A stretch of DNA of 64,000 bases, taken from the NCBI GenBank assembly GCA_041659365.1, contig JBAZYH010000004.1:164-64163 (forward strand), given 5' to 3'. The stretch comes from Minisyncoccota bacterium. GTDB lineage: Bacteria; Patescibacteriota; Minisyncoccia; Phycocordibacterales; GWA1-40-21. The translations under genes and the position numbers were made by a program. Numbering within the stretch: the stretch's first letter is position 1; each line of letters begins with the position of its first letter. Below are positions 45,228-56,119 of this stretch, piece by piece. The notes under the pieces are model-generated. The model saw only the letters and a list, made by a program, of their open reading frames with translations, searched no databases and was not told the origin of the DNA.

Positions 45228-45902
45228 GTGAAAAACACACTCGTTACATCTCTGAATGGTCAAGTGCAAGCGATCATTGATATGGTCGGCATTGCAGCGA
45301 TGAACACGGTTAGAATCCGAAGTGAAGAACTCACTACGGCAGCTCGTCAGCGAGTGCTCGCTCAAGGTGACAAGTTTACCATTGAGCTATCAGCGTTTAT
45401 CACTGCCAAGATGGCTGAACTCGCCGAACAAGTTATTGGCTATCTCAAACTCATCTCCGGCGACGAAACCATCATAATCGGCGAAACCGATGGCACAGAC
45501 ACAATCGCTCTTGCGAGGGACGTGTTTACAGGTTGGGTTGACCCTGACTTCGTGAACTACGGTACAGACGTCAAAGGCCAACCGACCAAGGAAACGAAAG
45601 TACAAGTTCTAGAGATGATCAAGGACGGCAACCTCGCTCAGATCTTTGGTGGTTTTGGTGAGAATCTCGACCGCTTATGCTTGTCGCAAAGTCAAATTAT
45701 CCGTTTTGTGAAGGATCACAGTAAGTGGCTCCTCACGGGTAGTAATCATGGAACTTTCTTTTTATTCAAGGTACAAGGAGAGTTCTTTATCGCGGACGTG
45801 CTTTTGGGTGAGAGTATTATCGGTGTAGATGCTCGACATTTGTTGGATGGCGTTGTCTGGGATGCTGATCGTCGCCGTCGTGTTGTGGTTCCACAATTGT
45901 GA
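45228..45902 (+). CDS. Hypothetical protein in a GC-rich (~50%) segment, probable GTG start
   Basis: Compositionally foreign ORF bracketed by hairpin-repeat elements. Terminator cagctcgtttatc...gataaacgagctg at 45926-45968. Confidence 0.45.
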   Translation: MKNTLVTSLNGQVQAIIDMVGIAAMNTVRIRSEELTTAARQRVLAQGDKFTIELSAFITAKMAELAEQVIGYLKLISGDETIIIGETDGTDTIALARDVFTGWVDPDFVNYGTDVKGQPTKETKVQVLEMIKDGNLAQIFGGFGENLDRLCLSQSQIIRFVKDHSKWLLTGSNHGTFFLFKVQGEFFIADVLLGESIIGVDARHLLDGVVWDADRRRRVVVPQL

Positions 45903-46089
45903 CACTCAGTCACTTTTCTTGTACAGCTCGTTTATCTTTCTACTTCGGTGGACTGATAAACGAGCTGTTTTTGCTTCTGCAGAAGCATGTCGCGTAGTGT
46001 CCATTGAAACGCGACATAAATTAATAGACAATTTCCTTATATAAATTTTATACTCATCTACGCCATGGCGTAGATGAGCATTTTTGTTT

Positions 46090-46200
46090 GAGTTGTCTTT
46101 GCGAGCGAATGCGAAGCAATCCAGGATTGTATTTTATTTTAAATTAATTAATTAACCTGGATTGCTACGGGGTACCTCGCAATGACAATACAAAAGTGGA
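46090..46200. repeat. Palindromic pair of B-type hairpin units
   Basis: tgtctttgcgagcgaatgcgaagcaatccagg ... cctggattgctacggggtacctcgcaatgacaatacaaaag. Confidence 0.8.
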
Positions 46201-46310
46201 TTATTTTTTTATCAAAATTTTAATTTTTAAGATAAATTACAAAAGGCGCGCCCCGAAGGGGCGCGTCTTTTAGTTTGTATTTACTTTATAAACTTTCTAC
46301 TTTTAACTTT

Positions 46311-47450
46311 TTACTTCTTTGTTTCTTCTTTATTTTCAAAACTCAATCCCATCTTTTGATTCTTTGGTTCAAAGACGTTTATTTTGAAAGAATAGTTTTT
46401 ACCCAAACTTATTTTTTCTTTCATCTTTGCTTCAGAACCGAAATCTGATACGTGTACAAGTCCTGCTACTCCTTCTTCGATACTTGCAAGCGCACCGTAT
46501 TTATTGAATTTGATAACAACAGCTTCAACAACATCTCCTTTCTTATACTTCTTTTCTGCTTCAAGCCAAGGGTTTGTCTTAAGTGCTTTTATAGATAGGG
46601 ATATTTTACCATCTTTGATATCTATAACTTTGACTTTTACTTTGTCTCCGATTTTGAATAGTGTTCTTGGGTCTTCAACAAGTATCCAATCTATTTCTGA
46701 AATATGTACAAGTCCTTCAAGTCCATCTTCAATTTTTACGAATACTCCGAAGTCTACAGCACCAGTGATTTCTCCTTCAAAAGTATCTCCAACTTTGTAT
46801 TTATCTGTAGCCTTTTGTTTCTCTTTCTTTTCAAGATTCTTTTCTGAGAATATTAGCTTACCTTCTTTTGGTGAAGCTGTAATCATTGCAACAGAAATTT
46901 TCTGTCCAACAAGTTTTTTAAGTTCTTCAAGAATTCTATCTTTGTCTCCATCTTCAACTTTAGGATAATGTTCAGAACCAAGTTGTGATGCTGGTAGGAA
47001 ACCGATAATACCTTGCCATGTGATAATAAGACCTCCTTTGTTTGCTTCCTGAACTGGAAGTTCAAAAATTCTTTTATCTCTAATAGCCTTTTCTGCTTCA
47101 TCCCAAATAAGAGCTTGTCTCGCTTCTTTAAGAGAAAGTTCTATATAACCTTCATCGTTTATGGTGCTTACTATTTTAGCTGAAACTGTATCTCCAATAT
47201 TTATTTTTCTTATAACATCTCTTGCTGTTATAAATTCCTTTCCATATATAAGACCAGTACCGTATGGTTGTAAGTCTACATATACTCTTGATTTTTCTAT
47301 ACCAATAACGGCACCTTCAATAACTTCTCCGCTCATTGGAGGGTTTTTTGTATCATTGAAAATCTTTGCCATTAAGCTATCTTTTTTAGCTTTAGCTTTT
47401 TCTTCTGATATAGAATCTACTTCTGTTGATTTAATTTCTTTATCTTTCAT
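46311..47450 (-). CDS. rpsA: 30S ribosomal protein S1 (four S1 domains)
   Basis: Repeated S1 OB-fold motifs (GxV.G.V..I...G.FV). 379 aa. Confidence 0.8.
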   Translation of the reverse strand: MKDKEIKSTEVDSISEEKAKAKKDSLMAKIFNDTKNPPMSGEVIEGAVIGIEKSRVYVDLQPYGTGLIYGKEFITARDVIRKINIGDTVSAKIVSTINDEGYIELSLKEARQALIWDEAEKAIRDKRIFELPVQEANKGGLIITWQGIIGFLPASQLGSEHYPKVEDGDKDRILEELKKLVGQKISVAMITASPKEGKLIFSEKNLEKKEKQKATDKYKVGDTFEGEITGAVDFGVFVKIEDGLEGLVHISEIDWILVEDPRTLFKIGDKVKVKVIDIKDGKISLSIKALKTNPWLEAEKKYKKGDVVEAVVIKFNKYGALASIEEGVAGLVHVSDFGSEAKMKEKISLGKNYSFKINVFEPKNQKMGLSFENKEETKK

Positions 47451-47691
47451 AATTAAAATAATCCGCTCGAGGCGGACAATGTTTGTACGCCAAAAAGTTT
47501 CGTGGTTTTTAATAAAATTAAAACACTACGAGGTTAGCTTTTTGTGCAACCTAATAACAGAATTGAGTTTACTATACTAATTTATTATTGTAAAGGTTCG
47601 CTCGCTGATACAAATATGATAAAAAACGAGGAGACACCTTTTTGAGGATTTAAGGTCTCACCTCGTTTTTATTAGTTTATTAATAATTTCA

Positions 47692-48369
47692 TTGATTCGG
47701 CTCGTGTTATTTGATACAATAATCGACATTATGATAATCACTTACCAAGGAGTTGAATTTTTTAAGGTCCAGTTTGGAGATACTGTTCTTGCTTTTAATC
47801 CAATATCAAAAGAATCAAAATTTAAAAATACTAGATTTTTTGCTGACATAGCTCTTGTTAGTCTTAATCATCTCGATATGAATGGTACTGAGAATCTTTC
47901 ATACAACGGCAAGGAACCTTTTGTTATTTCTGGTCCAGGAGAATATGAAGTTAAAGATGTTTTTATAAAAGGTTTTGCTTCCAAGAGTATGTATGATGGA
48001 AAAGAAAGAGTAAATACTATTTATTCTGTGACTCTTGAAAATATGAACCTCTGTTTCTTAGGAGCTATTTCTGATATAAATCTTTCGAAAGAGGTTAAAG
48101 AGTCTTTAGGTGATGTTGATATACTTTTTGTTCCTATTGGAGATGATGGTGTTTTGGATGCTGCGAAAGCAGAAAAGCTTTCTGTTGAAATAGAGCCTAA
48201 AATTATTATTCCAATGCATTATGGTGAGATCGGTACTAAAGATGCTTTAAAGAGATACCTAAAGGAAGCTGGAGAAGATAATGTTAAACCAATAGATAAG
48301 TTGACCGTAAAGAGGAAGGATCTTGATGGTAAGTTAGGAGAGTCAGTAGTTCTTTCTTGTGGTGAATAG
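47692..48369 (+). CDS. MBL-fold metallo-hydrolase (UPF0173-like)
   Basis: Beta-lactamase fold pattern with ...SLNHLD... and ...IPMHYGE. Confidence 0.45.
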   Translation: MIRLVLFDTIIDIMIITYQGVEFFKVQFGDTVLAFNPISKESKFKNTRFFADIALVSLNHLDMNGTENLSYNGKEPFVISGPGEYEVKDVFIKGFASKSMYDGKERVNTIYSVTLENMNLCFLGAISDINLSKEVKESLGDVDILFVPIGDDGVLDAAKAEKLSVEIEPKIIIPMHYGEIGTKDALKRYLKEAGEDNVKPIDKLTVKRKDLDGKLGESVVLSCGE

Positions 48370-48393
48370 TTTTATTAATTTAATTTAAAAGAA

Positions 48394-50844
48394 ATGGCAG
48401 AAGAAAAAGAAATCAAAATTGAAGCTAAAACTTTAACGAATAGAAACATTTCAGCAGAAATGAAAGAATGTTATTTGGATTATGCTATGTCTGTTATTAC
48501 ACAGAGAGCTCTTCCTGATGTACGTGATGGATTAAAACCTGTTCATAGAAGGATTCTTTTTGCTATGCATCAAATGGGTCTTACCGCTGGAGGAAAAACA
48601 AGAAAATCTGCTGCAGTAGTGGGAGAAGTTTTAGGTAATTACCACCCACACGGTGATACTTCTGTTTATGAGGCAATGGTGAAGCTTGCTCAAGATTTTG
48701 CGCATAGATATCCAATGGTTATTGGACAGGGAAACTTTGGTAGTATCGATGGAGATTCTCCTGCTGCTATGAGGTATACTGAGGCAAAGATGTCTAAGAT
48801 TGCTGGTGAAATGCTCAAAGACCTCGACAAAGAAACTGTAGACTGGAGACCAAACTATGACAACACAAAGAAAGAGCCTGAAGTTCTTCCATCTGCTGTA
48901 CCAAACCTACTTTTAAATGGAACACTTGGTATTGCTGTTGGTATGGCTACAAACATACCCCCACATAATTTGGGCGAAGTTATTGATGCGACTCTTCATT
49001 TGGCAGATAATCCCGAAGCAACCACAGAAGATCTTTTGCAGTTTATAAAAGGGCCAGATTTTCCAACAGGAGGAACTATATATAATCAAGTGGATATACA
49101 GCACGCTTACTCTACAGGAAGAGGCGGTGTTGTAACTAGAGGTCAAGCAGAAATTATCGAAGACAAGAAAGGTATGTTTCAGATAATAATTACTTCTATT
49201 CCTTATAGAGTAAATAAAGCAGAGCTTATTATGTCTATTGCTGACCATGTTCGAGAGAAAAGAGTTGAAGGTATAAAAGGTCTTCGTGACGAGTCTTCAA
49301 AAGATATAAGAATCTCTATAGATTTAAAAAATGGAGTACAACCTCAAAGTATTTTAAATTATTTATATAAACATACCCAGCTTGAGGATACTTTTCACTT
49401 TAACCTCGTTGCTCTTATAGAAGGTATTCCAAAAACACTTTCACTTAAAACATTTTTAGATGAATTTCTTATCCACAGAAAAATAGTTATAAAAAGAAGA
49501 ACTGAATTTGATTTGAGAAAGGCTGAAGCCAGAGAGCATATTCTTCTTGGTTTGAAAAAAGCACTTGATCATATAGACGAAATAATTAAGCTTATTAAGA
49601 AGTCTAAAGATGTAGATGAAGCAAGAGCTCAGCTTATGAAAGTTTTTAAGTTTTCTGAACTTCAAGCAAACGCTATTCTTGAGATGAAGCTTCAAAAGCT
49701 CGCTGGTCTTGAAAGAAAGAAAATTGAGGATGAATTAAATGCAATTCAAGCTCTTATTAAAGATTTGAAGGATATACTTTCTAAACCAAAGAGAATTCTT
49801 CAAATTATTAAGGATGAACTTATTGAAATTAAACAGAAATACGGTGATGAAAGAAGAACGAAAGTCGTAAAAGGTGGAGTTAAAAATCTTTCAGAAGAGG
49901 ATCTTATTGCCGATGAACCAAGTATGCTCGTGCTTACTGCTGGAGGCTATGTAAAAAGAACAAATCCAGATGAATATAAAAAGCAAAAGAGAGGTGGGGT
50001 GGGTGTTATAGATCTCGACACAAAAGATGAGGATTTTATAACTCATTTCTTAACTGCCACAAATCACAATGATATTTTATTCTTTTCAGATAAAGGTAAG
50101 GCTTATCAGATTAAAATGTATGATCTACCAGAAGGTAAGAGGGCCACAAAGGGTAAGGCGATTGTAAATTTCTTGGCTGTATCAGGTGAAGAAAAGATTA
50201 CTTCAGTACTTGCGATGCCAAAAGAATTAAAGAACCTTAAACTTTCATTAATACTCGTTACAAAGAATGGTACAGCAAAAAGAGTAGATGCTGACGGTTT
50301 TAAAGACGTAAGGAGGAATGGTCTTATTGCTATAACTTTAGATAAAGGAGATGAGCTTAGATCCGCCCTGTTTATGTCAGAGGGAGATGAAGTAATACTT
50401 TCAACAGCAAAGGGTCAATCTATAAGATTTAAAGATAAAGATGTAAGAGTTATGGGTAGAAATGCTTCTGGTGTAAGGGGAATGAAACTTGGGAAAGGCG
50501 ATTATATTGTTGGTACAGATATTGTCAGAAAAGGAATGCAGAATCCAGAATTATTGGTTATAAGCTCAAATGGTTACGGTAAGAAAACTCCACTTGATGA
50601 ATATAAAGTTCAAGGAAGGGGAGGTTCTGGTATTAAGACTATGAAAGTCACTCCAAAGACAGGTGAAATTATTTCTTCTAAAGTTGTCACAGATGAAGAA
50701 GACGAAATTGCAGCTATTTCAAAAAAGAGTCAGGTCATAAGAGTCGGTGTAAAAGAAATTCCAAGTCTTGGAAGACAAACACAAGGAGTAAGAATAATGA
50801 AACTTAGAGAAGGAGATTCGATTGCATCGATTACTTGTATCTAA
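48394..50844 (+). CDS. gyrA: DNA gyrase subunit A
   Basis: [26 protein letters not shown] with the active-site Tyr region, and C-terminal beta-pinwheel repeats. Confidence 0.95.
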   Translation: MAEEKEIKIEAKTLTNRNISAEMKECYLDYAMSVITQRALPDVRDGLKPVHRRILFAMHQMGLTAGGKTRKSAAVVGEVLGNYHPHGDTSVYEAMVKLAQDFAHRYPMVIGQGNFGSIDGDSPAAMRYTEAKMSKIAGEMLKDLDKETVDWRPNYDNTKKEPEVLPSAVPNLLLNGTLGIAVGMATNIPPHNLGEVIDATLHLADNPEATTEDLLQFIKGPDFPTGGTIYNQVDIQHAYSTGRGGVVTRGQAEIIEDKKGMFQIIITSIPYRVNKAELIMSIADHVREKRVEGIKGLRDESSKDIRISIDLKNGVQPQSILNYLYKHTQLEDTFHFNLVALIEGIPKTLSLKTFLDEFLIHRKIVIKRRTEFDLRKAEAREHILLGLKKALDHIDEIIKLIKKSKDVDEARAQLMKVFKFSELQANAILEMKLQKLAGLERKKIEDELNAIQALIKDLKDILSKPKRILQIIKDELIEIKQKYGDERRTKVVKGGVKNLSEEDLIADEPSMLVLTAGGYVKRTNPDEYKKQKRGGVGVIDLDTKDEDFITHFLTATNHNDILFFSDKGKAYQIKMYDLPEGKRATKGKAIVNFLAVSGEEKITSVLAMPKELKNLKLSLILVTKNGTAKRVDADGFKDVRRNGLIAITLDKGDELRSALFMSEGDEVILSTAKGQSIRFKDKDVRVMGRNASGVRGMKLGKGDYIVGTDIVRKGMQNPELLVISSNGYGKKTPLDEYKVQGRGGSGIKTMKVTPKTGEIISSKVVTDEEDEIAAISKKSQVIRVGVKEIPSLGRQTQGVRIMKLREGDSIASITCI

Positions 50845-51220
50845 GAAAAATAAAGAGAGAAACGATTATATTTTTCTAGACCCCGTGAAATATTTTGTTA
50901 ATACAAAATAAAACAACTGAGCTTAATTTTGTTCAGTTGTTTTATTTCACTGGGGTAGAGTAAGTAAGGTTTAATATGGAGCACGCGAAACCCCTTTTTC
51001 TTTTCCACATTTTTTATTAGCTTGTTTTTGGATATAGGTTTATAATAAGAGATAGTACGGAGAACCCAGTCATTTTTTTAAAGTTAATAAGGGTAATGTT
51101 TGGCTTTCGAAATTTACCCCGGTGAAATATCCGCCAAAGGCGGAGAAGACTTAAAAAAGTCTTCCTTTCATGGGGTGATGATTTTCTAAAGCTCATTATT
51201 ATTCGCTAAGAAAATCAATC

Positions 51221-51724
51221 ATGTTTTCAGACCCAGAAGAAATTATTCAACGATTTGAATTAATAAAAGCTAGTCATGTTGCTGACTTTGGTTCAGGATC
51301 AGGTTTTTATTCTTTTGCTGCAGCTGAAGCTGTTGGTGAAAATGGAGTAGTTTATTCTATAGATGTACAGAAAGATTTACTTCAAAAACTTAAAAATGAA
51401 GCAAGAAATGTTAGACATCTAACAAATATAGAAATAATTTGGGGAGATGTAGATAATATTGGTGGTACTAAGCTTAAAGAAGGTTCTATAGATGCAGTAA
51501 TTGCCGCAAACATATTTTTTCAACTTGAAAATAAAGAAAATGCCTGTTTAGAAATAAAAAGAATTCTTAAAAGTAAAGGCAGGGTACTTTTAGTAGATTG
51601 GATCAATGCCAACTCTTTTAATAAAGAAGAAGCACGAAAATTATTTATTAAGAATGGTTTTGCTGAGGAGAGAGAAATAGATGCTGGTGTTAAGCATTAT
51701 GGTTTAATTTTTATTAAAATATAA
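51221..51724 (+). CDS. Class I SAM-dependent methyltransferase
   Basis: Motif I VADFGSGSGFYSFAAA. Confidence 0.7.
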   Translation: MFSDPEEIIQRFELIKASHVADFGSGSGFYSFAAAEAVGENGVVYSIDVQKDLLQKLKNEARNVRHLTNIEIIWGDVDNIGGTKLKEGSIDAVIAANIFFQLENKENACLEIKRILKSKGRVLLVDWINANSFNKEEARKLFIKNGFAEEREIDAGVKHYGLIFIKI

Positions 51725-51727
51725 AAT

Positions 51728-53026
51728 ATGGATAATCTAAGTAATTTTGAAAAGATATTGTTGGTTGTTTTTGGCTTTCTCGCTGCTCTAGGTTTATTGG
51801 CTTTTTCTACTTACAAGACAAATAATAGTGGAGGTAGTGATATCGAAGTTGTTGTTTGGGGTAATTTAGATAAAATGTCTTTTGATAATTTTATTAGTAC
51901 TGTTATGGATGAACAGAATAAGAAATTAAATATAAAATATGTCCAGAAGAATTATGATACCTTAGACAATGATTTACTAGAATCCATAGCTTCTGGTGTT
52001 GCACCAGACACTGTTATATTATCTAATGAATTTATAAAGAAATATTCAGACAAGATTTATCCAATATCATACGAGACATTACCAGAAAGGACTTTTAAGG
52101 ATACTTATATTCAAGAGGCAGAATTACTTTTAAGACAGGATGGTATCTTTGGAGTTCCTTTTTTTGTTGATCCTCTTATTATGTATTGGAACAGAGATAT
52201 GTTTGCAAGCGCGGGTATAGCAAACCCTCCAGAGAAATGGTCCGAGTTCCCACTTTTAGCAAGTAAGCTTTCAAAGACTGATAGTAATGCAAATATCATT
52301 AAAAGCTTTGTTTCTTTTGGTGAATATAGAAACGTAAATAATATTAAGGGGTTATTGAGTTCTTTAATAATTCAGACTGGTAATCCGATTGTTAATTATA
52401 AAGATGGTAAATTTAAATCTTATCTTTTAAGTGAATCTTCAAATAGTAACTTCGGTGATGTAAGTTCTGCTATTAGTTTCTTTACTGAATATTCTAACCC
52501 TAAAAAGTCTGTCTATTCCTGGAATAGATCATTGCCGTTTTCTAAACAATCTTTCTTGAGTGAAGATCTGTCAATTTATTTTGGTATGTCATCTGAATAC
52601 AATAGTATAAAACAAAAGAATCCAAATCTTAATTTTGATATTTCCTTATTGCCTCAAGTTGTTGATACTAAAGCGAAGTCTACTTTTGGTGATTTTTATT
52701 CTTTTATATTTTTGAAGAATTCAAAGAATTTGTTAAATACTTACAATGTAGTTTCTTATATTACAGGCTCCGAATCGATAAAGGTCTTTCTTAAAAATTT
52801 TGATTTAGCTCCAGCGAGAAAGGATATTATTTCTTTGGGTACAAACGACCCAGTTAAAAATATTTTTTATAAGTCAGCTCTTATATCAAAGGGGTGGATA
52901 GATCCTGATACAAAAAAGACAGACCAAATATTTCAAAATATGATAGAAGATATAACTACAGGTAAACTGCAAGTGTCTGATTCTGTAAAAAAGGCGGGCA
53001 CAGAAATGAATTATTTGTTACAATAG
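51728..53026 (+). CDS. Extracellular solute-binding protein-like protein (ABC SBP family 1-like) with an N-terminal anchor
   Basis: N-terminal TM, then an SBP-like region (LESIASGVAPDTVILSNEFIKKY...YWNRDMF). Confidence 0.45.
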   Translation: MDNLSNFEKILLVVFGFLAALGLLAFSTYKTNNSGGSDIEVVVWGNLDKMSFDNFISTVMDEQNKKLNIKYVQKNYDTLDNDLLESIASGVAPDTVILSNEFIKKYSDKIYPISYETLPERTFKDTYIQEAELLLRQDGIFGVPFFVDPLIMYWNRDMFASAGIANPPEKWSEFPLLASKLSKTDSNANIIKSFVSFGEYRNVNNIKGLLSSLIIQTGNPIVNYKDGKFKSYLLSESSNSNFGDVSSAISFFTEYSNPKKSVYSWNRSLPFSKQSFLSEDLSIYFGMSSEYNSIKQKNPNLNFDISLLPQVVDTKAKSTFGDFYSFIFLKNSKNLLNTYNVVSYITGSESIKVFLKNFDLAPARKDIISLGTNDPVKNIFYKSALISKGWIDPDTKKTDQIFQNMIEDITTGKLQVSDSVKKAGTEMNYLLQ

Positions 53027-53030
53027 ATTT

Positions 53031-53399
53031 ATGAGAAAAATTTTATTAAATTTATTTTTGGGTTTTATTATATTGTTACCTGTTTTATCTCATTCTGCTT
53101 TGATTAATAGTGGAGACCCAGAAACTTATAATCTAGATTCTATAAAAGGTATAATAAAGGAAGGTGTAAAATGGTTTTTTGGTATTGCAGCTTCAATAGC
53201 AGCAATAGGTTTTGCAGTTGCTGGAATAAAGATTTTGATTAACCCTGGTAGTAGTTCAGAAAGAGAGGCTGCAAAAGAGGTGTTTAAGAAGACGGCTATA
53301 GGTTTATTAATTGCTGTTGTTGGACCAGCTATCGTTGTGGCGATTATTAGAGAGTTCGTTAGTGATGGAACGAATCCTCTAAGGTTTTTTAATTTTTAA
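53031..53399 (+). CDS. TrbC/VirB2-like pilin family protein (paralog 1)
   Basis: N-terminal signal/TM plus two hydrophobic helices separated by a small polar loop (GSSSEREAAKE). Confidence 0.6.
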   Translation: MRKILLNLFLGFIILLPVLSHSALINSGDPETYNLDSIKGIIKEGVKWFFGIAASIAAIGFAVAGIKILINPGSSSEREAAKEVFKKTAIGLLIAVVGPAIVVAIIREFVSDGTNPLRFFNF

Positions 53400-53408
53400 A
53401 TAAAATAA

Positions 53409-53744
53409 ATGAAAAAAATAACAATTAATTTATTATCGATCATTATATTATCTTTTGTATTTATTCCTTTAATTTCCTCTGCTATTGGATTAACTGATCC
53501 TTTGGGGGGGATTGATATAAAAGATTTTATATCAAAAATTCTTAGTTATATCGTTAAGGTTGGTGGTGTCGTTGCGACCTTTGCTTTTATTTATACAGGT
53601 TTTCTGTTTGCTTTTGCAAAAGGTAATTCTGGAGCTTTAGAAAAAGCAAAAAGTGCTTTGATAGGTACGGTCATAGGTATGGCTATATTGTTGGGCGCGG
53701 AGCTTATAGGTAGTATGATTATGGATACTGTTTCTAGTATTTAA
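53409..53744 (+). CDS. TrbC/VirB2-like pilin family protein (paralog 2)
   Basis: Signal peptide. Mature region VGGVVATFAFIYTGFLFAFAKGNSGALEKAKSALIGTVIGMAILLGA. Confidence 0.6.
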   Translation: MKKITINLLSIIILSFVFIPLISSAIGLTDPLGGIDIKDFISKILSYIVKVGGVVATFAFIYTGFLFAFAKGNSGALEKAKSALIGTVIGMAILLGAELIGSMIMDTVSSI

Positions 53745-53748
53745 TAAA

Positions 53749-54093
53749 ATGAATATTTCAAATATATATAAAAAGAATAAAATGAATTCCTTAAATCGTA
53801 TTTTTTTATTTTTTATTTTAATATTTTCTTTTTACTTTAAAACATCTTTTGCGGCTGAAACTTTTAGGGATATGGTAGAAAGGATTATTAGTACAATAAT
53901 AAAACCAGTAGGTGGTTTATTTGTTTCTGCCGCTTTGGTTGCTTTTGTTTGGGGTATAACAAAGTATATGAAGGGTGGTGGAATGGAAAAAGATGATGCG
54001 AAACAACTTATGTTTTGGGGGTTGATAGGTTTAACTGTAATTTCAGCAGTCGGTGCTTTTGTTGCTGCTTTTAAAAACACATTAGGTGTTTAA
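53749..54093 (+). CDS. TrbC/VirB2-like pilin family protein (paralog 3)
   Basis: VAFVWGITKYMKGGGMEKDDAKQLMFWGLIGLTVISAV. Confidence 0.6.
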   Translation: MNISNIYKKNKMNSLNRIFLFFILIFSFYFKTSFAAETFRDMVERIISTIIKPVGGLFVSAALVAFVWGITKYMKGGGMEKDDAKQLMFWGLIGLTVISAVGAFVAAFKNTLGV

Positions 54094-54183
54094 AAGTGTT
54101 TATAACTTATACATTGATAAATATACGTATAAGTATTATAATTTATTAGAAGTTAGAGGTCGTTAATTTATTTTTAAAAAAAG

Positions 54184-54495
54184 ATGAAAAAAGTATTAAT
54201 ATGGACTTTGTCTACGAGTACTCCGTTATTTGTTCTTGCTGAAGGTGGAGGTGTGGCGGATATGATTACGGCTGTTGGTACTGTTATAAATGCAATTTTA
54301 CCTGTTTTGGTGTCTCTTGCTGTTGTGTATTTTATTTATCAGGTTATACAGTATACTATTGCAGATGGTAGTGGTAAGGATACAAAGGGTATAGTTTGGG
54401 GGTTGATAGGTTTGACAATAATTGTAGGAGTTTGGGGATTTGTTAATGCTATTATGTCTACGTTAAGTATTAGTAGTATGGATCAATTGAATTGA
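54184..54495 (+). CDS. TrbC/VirB2-like pilin family protein (paralog 4)
   Basis: AVVYFIYQVIQYTIADGSGKDTKGIVWGLIGLTIIVGVWGF. Confidence 0.6.
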   Translation: MKKVLIWTLSTSTPLFVLAEGGGVADMITAVGTVINAILPVLVSLAVVYFIYQVIQYTIADGSGKDTKGIVWGLIGLTIIVGVWGFVNAIMSTLSISSMDQLN

Positions 54496-54568
54496 TATAA
54501 TTATTATAGTTTTTATTGTATAATTTAATAGTCGTTTATTTATTAGAAATAATTAAAAATTTGTTTTT

Positions 54569-54907
54569 ATGAAAAAAATTTTAATAGGTTCGGGTGTGGC
54601 TCTGTTTCCATTATTAACTCTCGCTGCTGGTCTTACTGATTTAGCTGATAAGGTTTCTGAACTCTTTAATAAAGCTTTACCTTTGTTAATTAGTTTTGCT
54701 GTTATTTACTTTGCATGGCAGGTTATTCAATATACTATTGCTGGAGATGAAGGTAAGAAAGAAAATGCAAAGATGGGTATCCTTTGGGGTATTGTTGGAC
54801 TTTTCGTTATTGTTTCTGTTTGGGGTTTGGTAGGATTCTTAGGAGACACCCTTGATATAGAGGCTGGTGGTGGTATTTCTTTGCCTGAATTACCACAAGG
54901 AGAATAA
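54569..54907 (+). CDS. TrbC/VirB2-like pilin family protein (paralog 5)
   Basis: AVIYFAWQVIQYTIAGDEGKKENAKMGILWGIVGLFVIVSVWGL. Confidence 0.6.
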   Translation: MKKILIGSGVALFPLLTLAAGLTDLADKVSELFNKALPLLISFAVIYFAWQVIQYTIAGDEGKKENAKMGILWGIVGLFVIVSVWGLVGFLGDTLDIEAGGGISLPELPQGE

Positions 54908-54909
54908 AA

Positions 54910-55215
54910 ATGTTTTCTTTATTTGTTCAAAAAGTATATGCACAGGGTGGTAATTTTGGTGGATCATCTGGATCAAACTTTGATTCAATCCTAACTAATA
55001 TCGCGACAAATATCGTTGAGCCAATAAACATGTTTCTTGCTGCCGCTGCTCTGATGTATTTTTTATGGGGTGTTTTTAACTTCATTAAAGGCGCTGATAA
55101 TTCTGGTAAAAGAGAAGAGGGTATTCAACATATAATGTGGGGTTTGTTTGGTTTAGTTCTTACAATCTCTGTAGAGGGTTTTATATCAGTGATCAAGAAT
55201 ACTTTAGGTGTATAA
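54910..55215 (+). CDS. TrbC/VirB2-like pilin family protein (paralog 6)
   Basis: ALMYFLWGVFNFIKGADNSGKREEGIQHIMWGLFGLVLTIS. Confidence 0.55.
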   Translation: MFSLFVQKVYAQGGNFGGSSGSNFDSILTNIATNIVEPINMFLAAAALMYFLWGVFNFIKGADNSGKREEGIQHIMWGLFGLVLTISVEGFISVIKNTLGV

Positions 55216-55297
55216 GATAAACAAATATTAAAATAAAAAAAACGGGATGCGCCACAGAGACCAGAGGTCTAAGGGTGCATCCCGTTTTTGTCATCAT

Positions 55298-56110
55298 TCA
55301 TTCTTGAAAGATGACAAAACTGATCATTTTATTACATTTGTACTGCGGTTCGAGGGAGACTTTTCCAAAGTATTCTACCTCGTTACCTTTTTGTCTTTTG
55401 TTGAGGAACACTTTTCCTGTCCCCCCACTTCTCCTGTTCTTGTATGAACCGCTCCACCTCCACAACTCACTTTCATCTGTTAGTGCGTAGAGTTTTTCCC
55501 CATTGAACGTGCCATAACATTCTCTTGAACCTGTTACTGGTCCTAGTTTGTATCGGGCACCTTTTTCTGGTATTTGATCGTCGTTCGACAAATCAAATTC
55601 AATGGATGAATCTTCTCGTGTAATGAAGTGTACTTTAAACGTACCTCCAGGTATGTGAGGGTAGCCACTTGTGATACCCTCTGGTCTTTCCCACCTTAGT
55701 CGCCAGACCTTTTGCCTGACTTCTTTGGTGGGTTTTACCAGATTTGCTCCCTGTTGTATCCCTACACACTTAACGTACCCAGGCTTTCTCTCCATAATCC
55801 ATGGTATATAGCTATCCCAGATTGGATGCCAGAACCACCAGACTAGGATAACAGATCCGAGTATGATAACCCATTTAAGTATCTTTTTAATGGTATTATT
55901 CCAGAATATTTTTATTCGTATTCTGGGTATTTTGAAAGACGGGAAATATTTTCTAATAAACACACACAATATTATAACTACCAATATAATCCCAACTCCA
56001 AATATTCCCCATGTTGAATATGATAGATTTTCTTTTTTCCCTATTGTGAGGAAAAGAAGAATAACTACTGACCCAATCATAGATAATACTTTGATGATAT
56101 AGAGTATCAT
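55298..56110 (-). CDS. Membrane protein with a C-terminal beta-rich soluble domain (possible NfeD-like partner of the SPFH protein)
   Basis: Four N-terminal TM helices, then a C-terminal domain of about 150 aa. Co-transcribed downstream of the SPFH gene. Confidence 0.35.
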   Translation of the reverse strand: MILYIIKVLSMIGSVVILLFLTIGKKENLSYSTWGIFGVGIILVVIILCVFIRKYFPSFKIPRIRIKIFWNNTIKKILKWVIILGSVILVWWFWHPIWDSYIPWIMERKPGYVKCVGIQQGANLVKPTKEVRQKVWRLRWERPEGITSGYPHIPGGTFKVHFITREDSSIEFDLSNDDQIPEKGARYKLGPVTGSRECYGTFNGEKLYALTDESELWRWSGSYKNRRSGGTGKVFLNKRQKGNEVEYFGKVSLEPQYKCNKMISFVIFQE

Positions 56111-56119
56111 TTGACCTCC

